Source: Octopus sinensis
Taxonomy: Eukaryota
Reading direction: 5' to 3'
NCBI RefSeq assembly: GCF_006345805.1
Contig: NC_043001.1
Coordinates: 77,562,001-77,626,000 of the forward strand
Length of the DNA: 64,000 bases
In this document: positions 38,566 through 54,174 of the stretch, piece by piece
Position numbering within the stretch: position 1 is the first letter of the stretch
Layout of the letters: every line of letters begins with the position of its first letter
Program-made: the position numbers and the translations under genes
The notes under the pieces: model-generated
Told to the model about the DNA's origin: nothing
Database searches by the model: none
Seen by the model: the letters and a program-made list of their open reading frames with translations, nothing else

Positions 38566-39621
38566 GAGAGAGCTGCAAACGGATCGGGCCGCTTACAACA
38601 TAACTTTGAACAATCGAAGACTGGACATGAAATTCTTTGGATATTAACTTATTTGCAAATGGATCGCTAAAATATCAAATATATCCTTTAATTGACTTAT
38701 ATAAAATACATTTTTTTACATAATTTCATATTTGAATGTTAATTCATTGATTTTAAAATTCTGTTGTTGCATTCAGTAGTTCATCCCTTTTATATCTAAG
38801 AATTTGCCTGATCGTAACGGTAGTAATCATTGGATGAAAGTTGTTGATTTTGTAATGATAGCGGTATGAGAATGATTGTACAAGAAAGTTCGGATTTGGT
38901 GACCCTCATATAAAGATGTGAGAGGGCTACACATTAAAGTTTTGACGATTATTGGGGTTAGATCAGAACAAATAAATACAAATATAGACATATAATACTA
39001 ATAAAACGCAGAAAATATATTTGGTGTTTTATACTTTAAAAATCACACGCATTTTAGCAAATTAACTGTCAGCGTTACATAAGTGCTTGTTGAAAAAATA
39101 TATAATCATATCAACACGCCCTGTTAGTGTTTAGCAAAATGAAAAAAAAAGAAATGCATAGGTTGGTTTTGGATATTCAGCTGCATCAGTGGAGTGGCGG
39201 AACATAGGGAGTCAAGCAGTTGAAGGAAAAAACAGAGGACAAAAGAATGGAGATATATGTGTAGATGAAAATGCACACTCGTTCTTACTCAAAATCATCC
39301 TAATACGAATAAACCAAAGTGGAAGGAAGTGGGGAAGATAAGAATCAATAATAGAGTTGTATAATAATTAAAATAGCTTCAGCGTTAACAATCTCAATAG
39401 CAACATCTCCCAAAATGTCAACCATAGCGACGACAATGATGGCGGTAACAACAGCAACAATAACAATAATAAATCTTTCTATTATATGTATGAGGAGTGG
39501 CTAACAAATTATATCAACTCTAATACTCAAATGGTACTTATTCAATCAAACCCAAAATGTTAAAGAGCAAAATTGACCTCGGCAGAACTTGAACTCAGTG
39601 TCTGCAAACGGACGAAATGCA

Positions 39622-40655
39622 GTTTATTTCATTAGCCACTGGGGCATAGATGAGCCTGGCATCACAAGGGCAGTAAAAAATGTGTGTGTGTATTTATATA
39701 AAAGATGGGGAGAAGGAAATGGTAAAGGCAGTGAAATGCAATAAGTGTATATAGTGGTATAAAGTATGTGGTAACATGAAAGATGCAGTCCTCCTGATGC
39801 AGGAAGCCCCACAGATCGAGGATTACCCTGACCACCAAAGGTACAAGCCCTCCCACCTGATCTGCAATCTATAGGCGCATATTTAGAGTAGAGCCAGTCC
39901 CTCTAATGACTTTTATCACAGTCAACCATCATTTCACAAATTCACTGGGAAGTAGCTCTTCCTTCACCATCCTCAATATGTTTTTCATGTATAACTTAGA
40001 AGAGTCGATAAGAGCTTGACTGAAGAGTAAAGTATCTCTCCTCACTCCTTTCAGCTTCGTGCACCACATAATTTATTTCGCTATAGCCACTAAATGGAGG
40101 AACACCGCTTGTCCACTCTTGTTGAAAGTGGGTGGTGAAGCGATTTTCACGATAGATCCAGTCGTTAGCCAGATTTCTCCCACACGTAATAACAGCTGTT
40201 CAGTAATACTCGGACTCTGCACGAGATTTCTCCCACACGTAATAACAGCTGTCGGTAATACTCGGACTCTGCACGAGTGCATGCAGAACGGTTTCGCTGC
40301 TCCGCGTACATCTTGGTAGTCCTATCTGACAGCGATTCCCTGCCTGTAGATTTTATCTCAAACTGGCATTGTTCCTCAGTAACCCTGGTAAGGGTTTCTG
40401 GAATTTACCCATAGTAGTAACGGGCTCGAATGTCCTCCGAAATAGACCAGCTAGTTCATCCTTGTCGATACTTAGAGTTACAGTGAGAATATCATTGCTC
40501 GAACCTACCATTAGATTTCTATATATTGCAACTGTTAAACTTGCACCAACCGTATTACCCGACTGATAGAGAGCAGTGAGCGCTAGGCGACATTCTTGAT
40601 GCCAGGAGCTTAATCTTGATCTTTTTTTGACTCGGAATTTCAGCACCACCAATGA
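39622..40655 (-). mobile_element. 5'-truncated, diverged L1/Tx1-like LINE 3' portion
   Basis: WHQECRLALTALYQSG...DELAGLFRRTFEP..MGKFQ and LLLRVGEIWL...IVKIASPPTFNKSGQAVFLHLVAIAK are homologous to the ORF2 C-terminus; ends CAGTGGCTAATGAAATAAAC; internal ~52-bp tandem duplication near 40178-40276. Confidence 0.8.
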
Positions 40656-41048
40656 GATGAGCTATGGAAGAGCTCGCATTAAAAACATTAGCTACAACTA
40701 TTATTTCTGTCATAAATCAAGGTCAGGGAAGTTAGTGGTCAGCTAATTGTCAAGTTTATGGTATCAGCCCCACAGAATTGTCTCTTTAGTGAGTAAACAA
40801 AGGGTGTATTTATGAGAATTTCCATGAAATAAGTCAACTCCAGTACACGCTTTTGAAGATTGGTGCTTATTTTATCGAACTTTTTGTTCGAAGCGATAAA
40901 GAGAGCAACCACAGGCGCACGTAAACACACAACACACACACACACACACACGCGTACACACATATGTATATAAGTATATAGATACATATTATATCTATCT
41001 ATCTATATGTCTATCTATATATCTATATCTATATCTATCTATCTATCC

Positions 41049-41166
<118 letters not shown>

Positions 41167-41552
41167 CAGCGGCGAGCTGGCAGAAATGTTAGCATGCTGG
41201 ACGAAATGCTTAGCGGTATTTCGTGTGCCGATATGTTCTGAGTTCAAATTCCGCCGAGGTCGACTTTGCCTTTCATACTTTCGGGGTCGATTAAATAAGT
41301 ACCTGTCATGCACTGGGGGCGATATAATCGACTTAATCTGTTTGTCTGTCCTTGCTTGTGTTTAGCTCCTTGTGGTTAGTAAAGAAATAGGTATCTCGTC
41401 TGCCGCTACGTTCTGAGCGCAAATTCCGCCGAAGTCGATTTTGGCTTTCATCTTTCGGGGTCGATAAATTAAACACCAGTTGCGTACTCAGGTCGATTTA
41501 ATCAACTGGCCTTGTCCTCTCAAAATTTAGACCTTGTGCCTAGAATACAAAA
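41167..41552 (+). mobile_element. Dimeric SINE A
   Basis: Junction GTAAAGAAATAGGTATCTCGTCTGCCGC, as in the 3.6 and 22 kb copies. Confidence 0.85.
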
Positions 41553-42006
41553 AAATATATATACATACATATATATATATATATGGGTGTGAGTATGTGT
41601 ATCTATGACTGGCTTCCACATAGTCTTCGTCTAGCAAATTCACTTGCATGGCATTAGTCGAAACGGTGCTATAGCACACGTTAGTTGCTGAAGGTGCTGG
41701 GAGGGTGCAAAGTGATCTTCTGGACGACGCAGCTACGCCCCTACCGAAAACGTAGGCCAGGCATGAAAGTAAAAACGAGATCTCTTAACCAGACTATTAC
41801 CATTTCCATTATAAATTTTCTACTTTTTGTTTGTCTCGTAACTTAAGAAATATTAAAACTAAATATCAAAATCACAGTGAAGTGTCTATACCGTCAGTTA
41901 TAAATCAAGATAATAATGTCAAAATGGATGAAAAGAAAAGGAAAATGAGAAAAGGTGTAGAGAAGACCAATTTTCTTCTTTAGTTATTTTTTTGTATATA
42001 TATATG

Positions 42007-42076
<70 letters not shown>

Positions 42077-42161
42077 TATATATTATACGGACACACATAT
42101 ATATACACGCACGCACACTATCTCCTTGCCGCACAGACATACACGCACACATACTAATACA

Positions 42162-42203
<42 letters not shown>

Positions 42204-42205
42204 TA

Positions 42206-42249
<44 letters not shown>

Positions 42250-42393
42250 TAATATACTTTTATGTAGATGTATGAGTGTGTATATGTATGGAGGTATGTA
42301 TGTGTGCACATACAGGCATACCCATATATATATATTGATATTTGTTAGAGTAAACTTACTAGTGTGTAAACTTACCAATGTGTTTGTATGTGC

Positions 42394-42425
<32 letters not shown>

Positions 42426-42465
42426 TATATAATATATATATATATACACACACATTCATATATAC

Positions 42466-42547
<82 letters not shown>

Positions 42548-43233
42548 TACACACGCGCACATACTTACATACGTATAATATGCATCCATACATGCAGATA
42601 CATATAGATATATATATAGATATATATGTGTGTGTGTTTAATATACAAAATACATAAAGCTTTCTCTGATGTACTCCATAGCGAGCGCACGACATATAAA
42701 CGCACGCGCGCACACCCACCCACACCCACACCCACCCACACACATCTACTTACATGACTGGGCCTTCGTTGCCAGATGTCGCCACAGTTATCGTACGCGC
42801 ACCTGCCCAGCGTCCGAAAATCAATTTTTTTTCATTTATATATTGTATTCATTTATTTATTCATTCTGGTCGTAAGTCGCAAAGGTCGTAAGTCGAGCAG
42901 AAGATGTATATAATAAACAAACTTTGGAAGCGACGAAGGACAGTGATATGTTGGATATAACAATGTAAATTCCAAACGCAGTAAAACCGTAAGAATACAG
43001 AAAGAATATTTTATCCTTGAGACAGAAAAAGTTGCCAACAGGCGGCTATAGTTGTCAGAACTGTACCTGCATCTAGTACAGTCAAATATTTACAAATTTG
43101 TTATACATGAACTAATGTACGGTACCTGAATCTATTTAATCATTTAAGTAAATTTAATAGTTGTTCAATTTTAGAGATGATCACTTCTGGTTTGGGATCC
43201 TCCGGAAAGCATTAGAACTAGCAGCTACGGAAA

Positions 43234-43234
<1 letters not shown>

Positions 43235-43319
<85 letters not shown>

Positions 43320-43340
43320 ATCTATCTATCTATCTATCTA

Positions 43341-43434
<94 letters not shown>
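43235..43434. repeat. (TATC)n array immediately 5' of the full-length LINE
   Basis: About 200 bp of nearly pure TATC. Confidence 0.95.
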
Positions 43435-43612
43435 ATTTATTTTGACTATTTAAAAGTGTATATTGACAAACATTTTGTGCTTAAAAGTTGTGCAACAACA
43501 TCCACTGTAAACCTTTGATAAATATCGACACAAAATGTTGCCCCTTGTGGGCAAATTTAAAAGAAAAATTCTCATAGCCTTCGTGGTTTCATTTAGCCAT
43601 TTTATTTCCAAA

Positions 43613-45732
43613 ATGGCCACTGGCCCCACGAGGCTGAGGTGCAAGTCAAGCGTGACGCACAAACAGAAAAACAGGATGCTCTGTTAGCATACGCCGACCT
43701 GACAACTCCACCACCATCAACAGCAACAAATACAAAACAAGGTCGCAAGGCCAAGCACCGTCAACACCATCAGTGAGTCCACCACCACCACCAACACCAT
43801 GGCAGAATCTGCTACTAAACTGCTATCCCTACTAAAGATATCGCCACCAATACAACCCAACATCACCGCCACCAAAGACCGTGCCGTCAATGCTACTAAT
43901 ACTACAACACCACCGCCGTCACCAAGAACGACAATAACAACAACACAACAACGACGACGACAACAACAATTCCCTTCAACCACTGCTCATTCCATCACCA
44001 ACAAGTGAAAAAATAACGACGACAAGCAAACGAAATGTCGAAATTTGCCCCAGTGCAGGACTAAGTACGCAGGCAATTTTCCACCCCTTCCTACTTGCAC
44101 GATCGAACCAAACACCAACCATTTTACAAACTGCAGCCAACAACAACATCACCACAAGCAACAACAATAACAAAACAACACAATTTCGCTGAGGCGATTA
44201 AAGAAAAAAAAACAACAATATACTTTACGGCTCAACAAATACAGGACACGAACATCAAAATAACAGATCAGAAGGTATAGTAAAAATAAACATACCAGAA
44301 GACATTTTGGAAAATGAAAAAAGACGAACAATCATTTATAAAATAGTTAACAAAAACAAAATCCCAGAGAAGGCCAACACAAGCAAATAGAGAAGTGCTT
44401 GAAACCCATCTGGGATCACAAAGAATATGTAACCTGGTGAAACAATTTGCCCACATACAAGTTATTTTCTACACCGAAGAGTTAGCTAGACATTTCTCAA
44501 CGCTAACTCTTCACTCAGATGAACTCCAACTTACACCAACTATCGGGGACAGAAAGTGACTAAGATCACTCTAAACAATGTCCCCAAAATAGCCAATAGT
44601 CTATGGCTTTTAAGGCCTTATGCGTAAAAATGGCGAATTATACTATTTGGAAACCACAGTCCAGAGCATAAAAACTGGGTGGGAAAAAAAGTAGAATTTC
44701 TTCTACATATCATCATGAAGATATAAAAAAAATACCCACCCAGATATGTGTATCAGACGACCACAAGTTATATGTGGTCGTCGATGGCAGAAGACCACGT
44801 TGCTACATATGCGGCAGTGAGCAACACCTAAAAAAGACTGCAAATCTGCCGCAAGAAAACAACAGCAACAAAACACACACAGCCGGAAACAAAACAAATA
44901 AACAAGGTTTACTACCACACCACTTTTTGCAGGAACAACCTCACCAAACAACAACCACAAACACTTCAGCACCAAGAACAGAAGCAGCATCACCAACAAC
45001 AACAACCCAGAATATACCAACTCCCACACCAAGGACATCTGCCAAAAGACACCCAGCAAAATGAAGAACAATTACAACTCCAAATCCCCACAAAATTGAG
45101 ACCCTAAACAACACAACAATACCCCCAATCACTCAAACACAAATACCCAAACCCACATCCAAAACCGCATACACCACAACCAAACGCTCACCAACCAACA
45201 CCAACAACAAAACCAACACAGTCGACAATAGACCCCAATACTTTCCCTCTTCCAGACTCCGATTCGTCTGATCTGTCATTAGACGAAGAAGACACGGAAG
45301 TTGGCAAATAGCCACAGGGGGGAGAAGAAAAAGGGGAAAAAAAGAAAAGAAAAAAACAAACAAAGCGGGAAGATACACCACTCCGAACCAAAAACATCCC
45401 AGAAAACCACACATCAACACAAACACACCATCATCAAACCCCCCAAAAATGTTGACAGCCATTAACACAACAACCACGACCTAATGGAACACATTAGGTC
45501 AAACACTAACATTACTGAAAACGACATAAAAACAAGTAACCACCCCCCACACACAACACCACCACAACACATTAAAATAATACACGTGACACAGAACACA
45601 CACAGCACCCTGATCTCTTTTTACCCTGATGCAGTAGGGAGATTTCAAAAGTACTCATCGAAAAAACTGTATAAAAGCCTCATAGAAGAAGACCGTGAGG
45701 TGAAAGACAAAGAACTTTCGAAAAACAAGTAA
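43613..45732 (+). pseudogene. LINE ORF1 (gag-like nucleic-acid-binding protein), frameshifted as assembled
   Basis: ATG at 43613; T/P-rich N- and C-terminal regions; VVDGRRPRCYICGSEQHLKK[D]C zinc knuckle restored by adding one A to a homopolymer; ends ...DKELSKNK*. Confidence 0.75.
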
Positions 45733-45775
45733 CCTTTTCTCTCTTCCTTTCCTTTTTTTGCACTTTTATCGGAAC

Positions 45776-48700
45776 ATGCTCAGAATAGGTAGTATAATGT
45801 ACGTGGCTTGGGGTCGCCTTGGAAACAGGCTACCTGTTAAATGACATCAAGTCACTAAATCTGAATATCATAGCCATCAGTGAGACAGACTCCACAGCTT
45901 GCGGCACTACTCCAGCACATTTTCGGTACACATTTCAACATTTATTTTTCTCCGTGTCTACCTAGAATGGGCGGAGGTGGCAACCGCGGTGCTTATCCGG
46001 AAGAGTCTGGATCTCAAAGTAAGAGCAAATTTCCTAGACCCGGAGGGTAGCTGGTCGTTTTAGATGTCGATGGCAGCAATGAGTGTGCTTTTCGACTGAT
46101 AGCAGTTTATGCTCCGTCCTTAACCAGGCCGACCAGATTTCTTTCGACGTCTAGAGTCATTCATGGGAACGTCTCGTCCTTTACTTTTAGTGGGGGATTG
46201 GAATGCCACCCTGGACACGCATCTAGACTACGTGGGCAGAGATAGCAATAGAAGGGGATGCAAATGCCTCAAAGACCTGCTCAGACGTTTCCAACTGTCT
46301 GACAGGTACCGACTGGACCATCCGAATGTGCCAATGTGGACATGGAGTAACCGCATCGGGTCGTCCAGATCATACTTAGATAGAGTATTCTGTAGGACAA
46401 TAGATAAAAATAGTGTAGTTGTCCACAATTCCATATAGTCAGTTACACAGATCACAAGTTTGTGACTTGTACACTTGACTTAGATAAGACAATAGGCAGG
46501 GTCCTGGTTACTGGAAACTGAACGCGTCTTTTACAGCACGACAGGTTTACAGGGACCGGATCAGCACATTAGTTAAGAGAGCTTTGACGGGTACCATCAT
46601 CAACAACAGATGGTGGTATGCCCTAAAAAAAGCGATTAAAGCAGAATCAGTCAGATACAGTAGAGCCCTAGCATTAGACCGAAATAGAATAGAGGGAGAT
46701 TTAGTTAAGGTTTTAGAAGAGGCACTTAGAACTGGCATCGCGTCCAACGTACTGGCGGCGAGATTGGCCCTCGACCAACACCTCAACGCCAAACACGAAG
46801 GATGCGTTGCCAGAGCTAGGATGCGTGCTCTGAGGAACGAAGGAGTTGGAGCCGTCCAAGAGGCCCGAGTGGTGGAGACGCAACGAGGCAACAGAGCCAC
46901 CATCAAGTCTCTTATAGATGAACAGGGGCGCGAATTGCTCGAGCCTAAAAGGATGTGTGGGGTTTTTCAACAACACTTCACCCAACTGTTTGGGACAAGT
47001 GGTGAGTCAGAAAGCAGAGTGGACTTTAGTGCCTACCTGCATGCCTTGCCACGACTCTTAGCAAGGGAGGTGGAGTCTTGTGAAAAGCCTATCACAGCTG
47101 CGGACGTACAGGATGCGATGGTAGGCTGCGCCAGAGACAAGTCACCAGGCTTGGATGGTCTGCCCTACGAATTTTATTTTCATATGCCAGACTTGTTTGG
47201 AGGCGTCTTGGCAGCTGTCTACTGCAACTGGCAGCAGAACGGGAGTATTCCTGCTTTTGTAAAGCGAGGAGCAATGGCACTGATCAAGAAAGACCCAAAC
47301 AAGGGGGACGCCATAGATAATTTCAGGCCCATCACTCTGCTCAACGCAGATTTGAAAATTATAGCCAAGGTGTTAGCCGAGAGGTTGGCGCTTGTCATCA
47401 AGAAACTAATCGACAAGGTGCAAACATGCGCCGTGCCGGGTAGAAGTATTCATGACAACCTCCACCTGATGCGCTACATCATAGACAGGGTAGTTAAAAA
47501 TCCTGGCATGGGTGGGGCGCTGATCAATTTGGATCAATCAAAAGCCTTCGATAGGGTAGACCATCACTACTTGGAGGCTGTCCTCAAAGCGGCTGGTTCG
47601 GTCCAGTTTTCCGCGGTTGGATCGTTGCCTTATACAGCGGCATCCGCCGTCAGTTTCGCGTAAATGGTCATCTATCCAGACCTTTAAACATCATGCGTTC
47701 GGTTCGTCAGGGATGCCCCCTCTCATCGCTGCTGTATGTACTGACTCTTGAGCCACTACTGCGGAACTGGCGACGCTGAGGGCATCCCACGAGAGCTGGG
47801 ATGCGAGAGGAGCGTGTCTGCATACGCGGATGACGTCACCGTCATAGTGTCGAGCTACGAGCACATCGAGCTGGTCGGCGAGACACTGAAAGAATACGAA
47901 GGTAACCGGAGCAAAAATTAACCGGGAAAAGTCAGTGGGTTTGCGGCTCGGCACCTGGAGAAGCAAGCCCATGCCATCCACAGCGTCTCCATCGTGGGAC
48001 GCTGGACGGACGGACCGGTTAAATTGCTCGGGGTCTGGTTCGGTCCGGACTCCAATGGAGAAGAACTGGGGCGAGATAACGACTAGGGTGGCTACTCTCA
48101 CCCAGAAATGGACTGAGAGAAAGCTATCCGTAAAAGGTCGGGCGGAGGTGGCGAACGCGTACATCGCATCCGTCATCGAGTATCGTCTGACCGTCGTGCC
48201 TTGTCCCGACCCTACCATCACCAAACTGGAACGCATACTCTTCCGCTTCTTGTGGAAGGGAAACGTTCCGATGGTTAGGCGATCCATTTGCTGCCAACAC
48301 CCGCTAAATTGAGGGCTGGGCATGCCGTGGTTGATGATGCGCAGACATGCGCTGAGACTGCGACATCTCCGGCGCTTCATAGACAACGGTGAACAGGGTG
48401 GTCGCCTTTTGTGCGGCGCGCTTTCCCGCAGCTCGTCTCCTTGGACGAACTACAGTCATGGATCAAGCAGAGACCGAGGCTAGGCGAATGGCACCGCGAG
48501 TGTCGCGTTGCTCTCAAGCAACTCTGCCGTCCGGATCGAACTTGTGCGACTCCATCACAACAAAGGCATTCTATAGAGGATTAGTGGAGGGGAGGTGCGA
48601 CGACGAACTCGGGCAGAGTCTGGGCGTCGACGAGGAACACCTGACCCGCCTGTTCAGGACAACTTTCGGGCCGGGACCTATGAACAATCACCAAGATCCC

Positions 48701-49198
48701 TGGCCTGGCAGTGCTATCGAGAAGCATTACCTGTTCGGGATAAGCTCTACAGACACGGTTCCAGACACACTGGACCGACTTGCCCGAGATGCGGTCAGAG
48801 CGACGAAACCGTTCTGCACGCACTCGTGCAATGTCCAACCATTTCCGACCTGTGGGCTTATGCCGAACGGCTGCTGTCACGTGTGGGACGAATCCGCCTA
48901 TCGGCCGAGTCTATCGTGAGGATTGCTCCGCCCCCTTCCCTCAACCGGGAAGGCAAGGCAGTTTTCATCGTACTGGTGGCCATGGTGAAAGAATGTGTGT
49001 GGTGGACTCGAGCGAAAGGATTAGAGACAAACACTTACCTCTCTGGCCAATCGCTCATCAACTTTTCAAGTACCACTTGAAAAGGAAGGTGAGAATGGAG
49101 AGGGAAGTTTTGTCTCGCGAAAGATTCAAAAAAGATGGGTGAATGTTGCAAAGATGGTGCGTGCTAGTAACGAAACCATTTTCAGCATGATCCTGTAG
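45776..49198 (+). pseudogene. LINE ORF2 (APE endonuclease + reverse transcriptase + C-terminal zinc-binding region), frameshifted as assembled
   Basis: NVRGLGSPWK, IAISET, LVGDWNA, YTDH (APE); KSPGLDGLP, FRPITLLNADLKI, LDQSKAFDRV, VRQGCPLS, YADD at 47823 (RT); CPRCGQSDETVLHALVQCP. Confidence 0.9.
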
Positions 49199-49497
49199 AT
49201 CGTAAAAAGAAAGAAAGAGAGCATTTTTGACCTTATGTGTTTATTTCCTCCCTGACTGGAGTTCCCGTGGTCTTTTCTGTAGGCTTTTCTTCCACGGATG
49301 AACCCAATCTTGTTATATCAATGTTTACACCATTATTTCTGTGATACACGATTTTCTTTTTTTTTCCTTTTTTTTCCTCCTCTCGATCCCTTTTGATCGC
49401 AATCTTACATTTTTATTTTTTTCCACCCTCGAAAAAAAAGCTCTGCATTTGTATTTGTCCCCTCTGTATTCAGCCCTGTGTGGCTAATAAAAGAAAG

Positions 49498-50117
<620 letters not shown>

Positions 50118-53100
50118 AGATGACATAAAAACAAACAACCACCCATACACAACACCACCAGACCACATCAAAATAATACCATCTCCAAAAGTCTGCACCA
50201 CCACTCAAGGCATTTTCCCCAGTGCGGTGGGTAAATGCCAAAATATCTCACAAAAACTGTACTGGGATCTTCTCGAGGACAAACCAACGGAGGAGAAAGC
50301 AAAAAAACTTTCGAGCAGTAAGTAACCCTCTGTATTCTAATTCTAATTATTAGAACTATGATCAAGATTGGTTGTGTAAATGCGCGTGGCTTGGGGTCCC
50401 CTTGGAAACAAGGGTACCTCTTAAATGACATAAAGTCACATAAGTTAGAAATCATAGCCATAAGCGAGACCAGACTCCACAACCCGCGGGCCCTAAAGAC
50501 CATGTTTGGCGGACAGTTCAACATTTATTTTTCCCCCTGTCTGCCGAGAATGGGCGGTAGTGGCACCGCGGTACTTTTTCACAAGAGTCTGGATCTCAAT
50601 GTAAGGACAATATTCGTAGACCCGGAGGGTAGACTGGTCGTCCTGGATGTCGACGGCAGCAATGGGTGCGCTTTTCGGCTCGTATCAGTTTACGCACCGC
50701 CCTTAACAGGTCGGGCGGATTTCTTTCAACGTCTCGAAGTATTCTTGGGAACGTCTCGTCCTTTACTCTTAGTGGGGGATTGGAATGCTACCTTGGGCAC
50801 GCATGTAGACTACGTGTGTAGAGATAGGAATAGACGGGGATGCAAATGCCTCAGAGACCTGCTCAGACGCTTTCAACTGTCTGACTAGTCTACCCATATG
50901 CGCCAACGTGACATGGAGCAACCGCATCGGGTCGTCGAGATCGTATCTAGATAGGATACTGTGTAGAACAGTAGATAGAGATAGCATAGGATGTCTACAA
51001 TTCCACATAGTCAGCTACACGGATCACAAACTTGTGACATGTACGCTAGACTTAGGTAAGACACTTAGGCAGGGTCCCGGATACTGGAAACTAAACGCGT
51101 CTTTCCCATCGAGACAAGTTTTTCAGAGACCGGATTAGCACACTAGTAAAGAGGGCTTTGACGGGAGCCATCATCAACAACAAATGGTGGTTTGCCCTCA
51201 AGAGAGCAGTAAAGCAGAAGCGATTAGGTACAGCAAAGCACTAGCCATAGATAGAAATAGAGTAGAGGGTGAGCTAGTTAAGAAGCTAGAAGAGGCAATT
51301 AGAAGCGGCATCGCATCCGACGTTTTGGCGGCGAGGTTGGCCCTCGACCAACACTTCAACACCAAACACGAAGGATGTGCTGTCAGAGCTAGGATGCGTG
51401 CTCTAAGGAACGAAGGTGTTGGAGCCGCGAGAGAGGCCCGGGTGGCAGAGGCGCAACAGGGCAACAAAGCCACCATTCGGTCCTGGTAAGAACAGGGGCG
51501 CGAATTGCTCGAGCCAAGTAAAATGTGTTGAGGCCTTCAGCAGCATTTTGCCCGACTGTTCGGAACGAGTGGAGGGCAAGAACGTAGGGTGGACTTCAGT
51601 GCCTACCTACATAGCCTACCACGACTCTCGACAAGAAAGACAGGGTGCTGCGAAGGTGCCATCACGGCGGCGGAAGTGCGGGAAGCGATGGCAGAATGCT
51701 CGAGGGACAAATCACCGGGTTTGGATGGTCTACCCTACGAGCTTTACAATTGTATGCCAGACTTGTTTGAGATCTCTTGGCGGCGGTGTACTGCAACTGG
51801 CAGCAAACGGGAGCATTCCTGGTTTTGTGAGCCGAGAGCCGTAACACTGCTGAAGAAAGATCTAAACAAGGGAACTGTAATAGATAACTTTAGGCCCATC
51901 ACTCTGCTTAATGCAGACTTGAAAATTTTGCCAAGGTGCTAGCCAAGAGGTTGGCGCTTGTCATCGAGAAACTGGTCGACAAGGCGCAAACATGCGCCGT
52001 GCCAGGCCGGACCATCCATGACAACCTCCATCTGATGCGCTACATCATAGACAGGGTAGTTAACGAACCTGGCATGGGTGGGGCCCTGATCAACTTGGAT
52101 CAATCAAAAGCCTTTGATAGGGTAGAGCATCGATACTTGGAGGCAGTCCTGAGAGCGGCTGGTTTCGGTCCCGTCTTCCGCGACTGGATAGCTGCCTTGT
52201 ACAGAGGCATCCGTTCGGTAATTCGCGTAAATGGACATCTATCGAGACTTTTCGACATTGCATGTTCGGTCCGTCAGGGATGCCCCTCTCGGCGCTTCTA
52301 TACGTATTGACTCTTGAGCCACTACTGCGGAAGCTGGCGAACTCTAAGGGGCATCCCGCGAGAATTGGGATGCGGGACGAGCGTGTCTGCATACGCGGAC
52401 GACGTCACCGTCATAGTGTCTAGCCACGAGCACATCGAGCTGGTCGCGAGACACTGAAAACTACGACGGTGACAGGAGCGAAAATCAACCGGGAAAAGTC
52501 AGTGGGCTTGCGACTAGGCACCTGGAGAAGCAAGCCCATGCCGTCCACCAGCGCCTCCGTCGTGGGACGCTGGACCGACGGCCCGGTTGAGTTGCTCGGG
52601 GTCTGGTTTGGTCCGGACCTCCAAGTGGAGAAGAACTGGAACGAGATAACGAGTAGGGTGGTCACTCTCGCCCGGCAATGGGCCGAGAGGAAACTGTCCC
52701 CTAAAAGTCGAGCGGAGGTGGCGAACACGTACATCGCGTCCGTCATCTACTACTACCCCGCCTGACCGTCGTACCTTGTCCCGACCCTACCATCACCAAA
52801 CTACAACGCATCCTCTCTTTCGCTTCTTGTGGAAAGGATGCGTCCCGATGGTCAGGCGATCCATTTGCTGTCAACACCCGTTAAAAGGAGGGCTGGGCAT
52901 GCCGTGGTTGATGATGCGCGCAGACACGCGCTGAGACTGCGACATCTCTGGCTCTATGTAGACGACGGTGAACAGGGTGGTCGCCGTTTGTGAGGCACGC
53001 TTTCCCCGCAGCTCGTCTCCATGACCGAACTGCATCGTGGATCAAAAGAGGCCGAGGAAGGGCGAATGGCACCGCGAGTGTCGCGTTGCTCTCAAGCAAC

Positions 53101-54061
53101 TCTGCCGTCCTGGGTCGACCTTAAGTGACTTCAACACAACCAAAGCATTCTATAGGGTTTTATTGGAGGGGAGGTACACGACGAGCTCGGGGCGAACCTG
53201 GACGTCGACGAGGAGTACCTGACCCGCCTGTTCGGGACGACTTTCGGGCCAGGGCCCATGGCAACTTCCAGAGATCCCTGGCCTGGCAGTGCTACCGAGA
53301 AGCGCTACCCGTTCGGGATAAGCTCTACAGCACGACGGGGCCGACCTGCCCGAGATGCGGTCAGAGCGACGACCGTTCTGCACGCACTCGTTCAGTGTCC
53401 AACAATTTCCGACCTGTGGCTTATGTCGAACAACTGCTGTCACGTGTGGGACGAGTCGGTTTATCAGCTGAGTCTATCGTCAATATTGTCACGCCTCCTT
53501 CCTTCAAACGGGAAGGAAGAGCTATTTTCATCATCCTGTGGCTATGGCGAAAGAATGTATCTGGTGGACGCGTCTGAAAGGATTGGAGACAAACACTTTC
53601 CTCTCTGGTCAATCTCTCATCAACTTCTTCAAGTACCACTTGAAAGGAAAGTGAGAGTAGAGAGGCAAGTTTTGTCTAGCGAATGTTTTAAAAAAAGATG
53701 GGTGAATGTAGCAAGAATGGCACGTTGAATGACGAAGCCACCTTGAGCATAGTCCTATGACCCCAGAAATCGAAAACAGAAGTTGCTTATTTGCAAAAAA
53801 AAAAAAAAAAAAAAAAAAAAAGAAATATAAAATGTGACTTCATTGACCGAGGTTACCGTGGTCTTTTCCGCAGGCTTTTCTTTCCACGGGTAAACCTCAC
53901 CTGTCCTCCCCTTTACACTTCATATTGACATTTCTGTGATAACGATCCCTATTGATCTTTTTTTTTCTCTCCCCCCCCCTTTTTTTTTTTTTTTTTTAAA
54001 ACCCCCCTTATTGTCCTCTTCTCTCCTTTTACGATCCCTTTTGATCGAACCTCCCCCTTCC

Positions 54062-54104
<43 letters not shown>

Positions 54105-54174
54105 CCTTCAAAAGAAAGCTCTACCTTGTAATTTGTTCTATCTGTGTGCAGCCCTGTGTGGCTAATAAAGAAAC
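50118..54174 (+). mobile_element. 5'-truncated L1/Tx1-clade LINE (ORF1 C-terminus + complete ORF2 region + 3' UTR), related subfamily
   Basis: Starts DDIKTNNHPYTTPP (homologous to 45520); ORF2 50358-53760 MIKIGCVNARGLGSPWKQG...YADD at 52392; ends GCCCTGTGTGGCTAATAAAGAAAC then (TATC)n(TGTC)n. Confidence 0.9.

Larger units (their letters stand above)
43435..49497 (+). mobile_element. Apparently full-length L1/Tx1-clade non-LTR retrotransposon (~6.06 kb)
   Basis: 5' UTR, ORF1 with CCHC knuckle, short spacer, ORF2 (APE-RT-zinc finger), 3' UTR with AATAAA; (TATC)n on both flanks. Confidence 0.9.
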
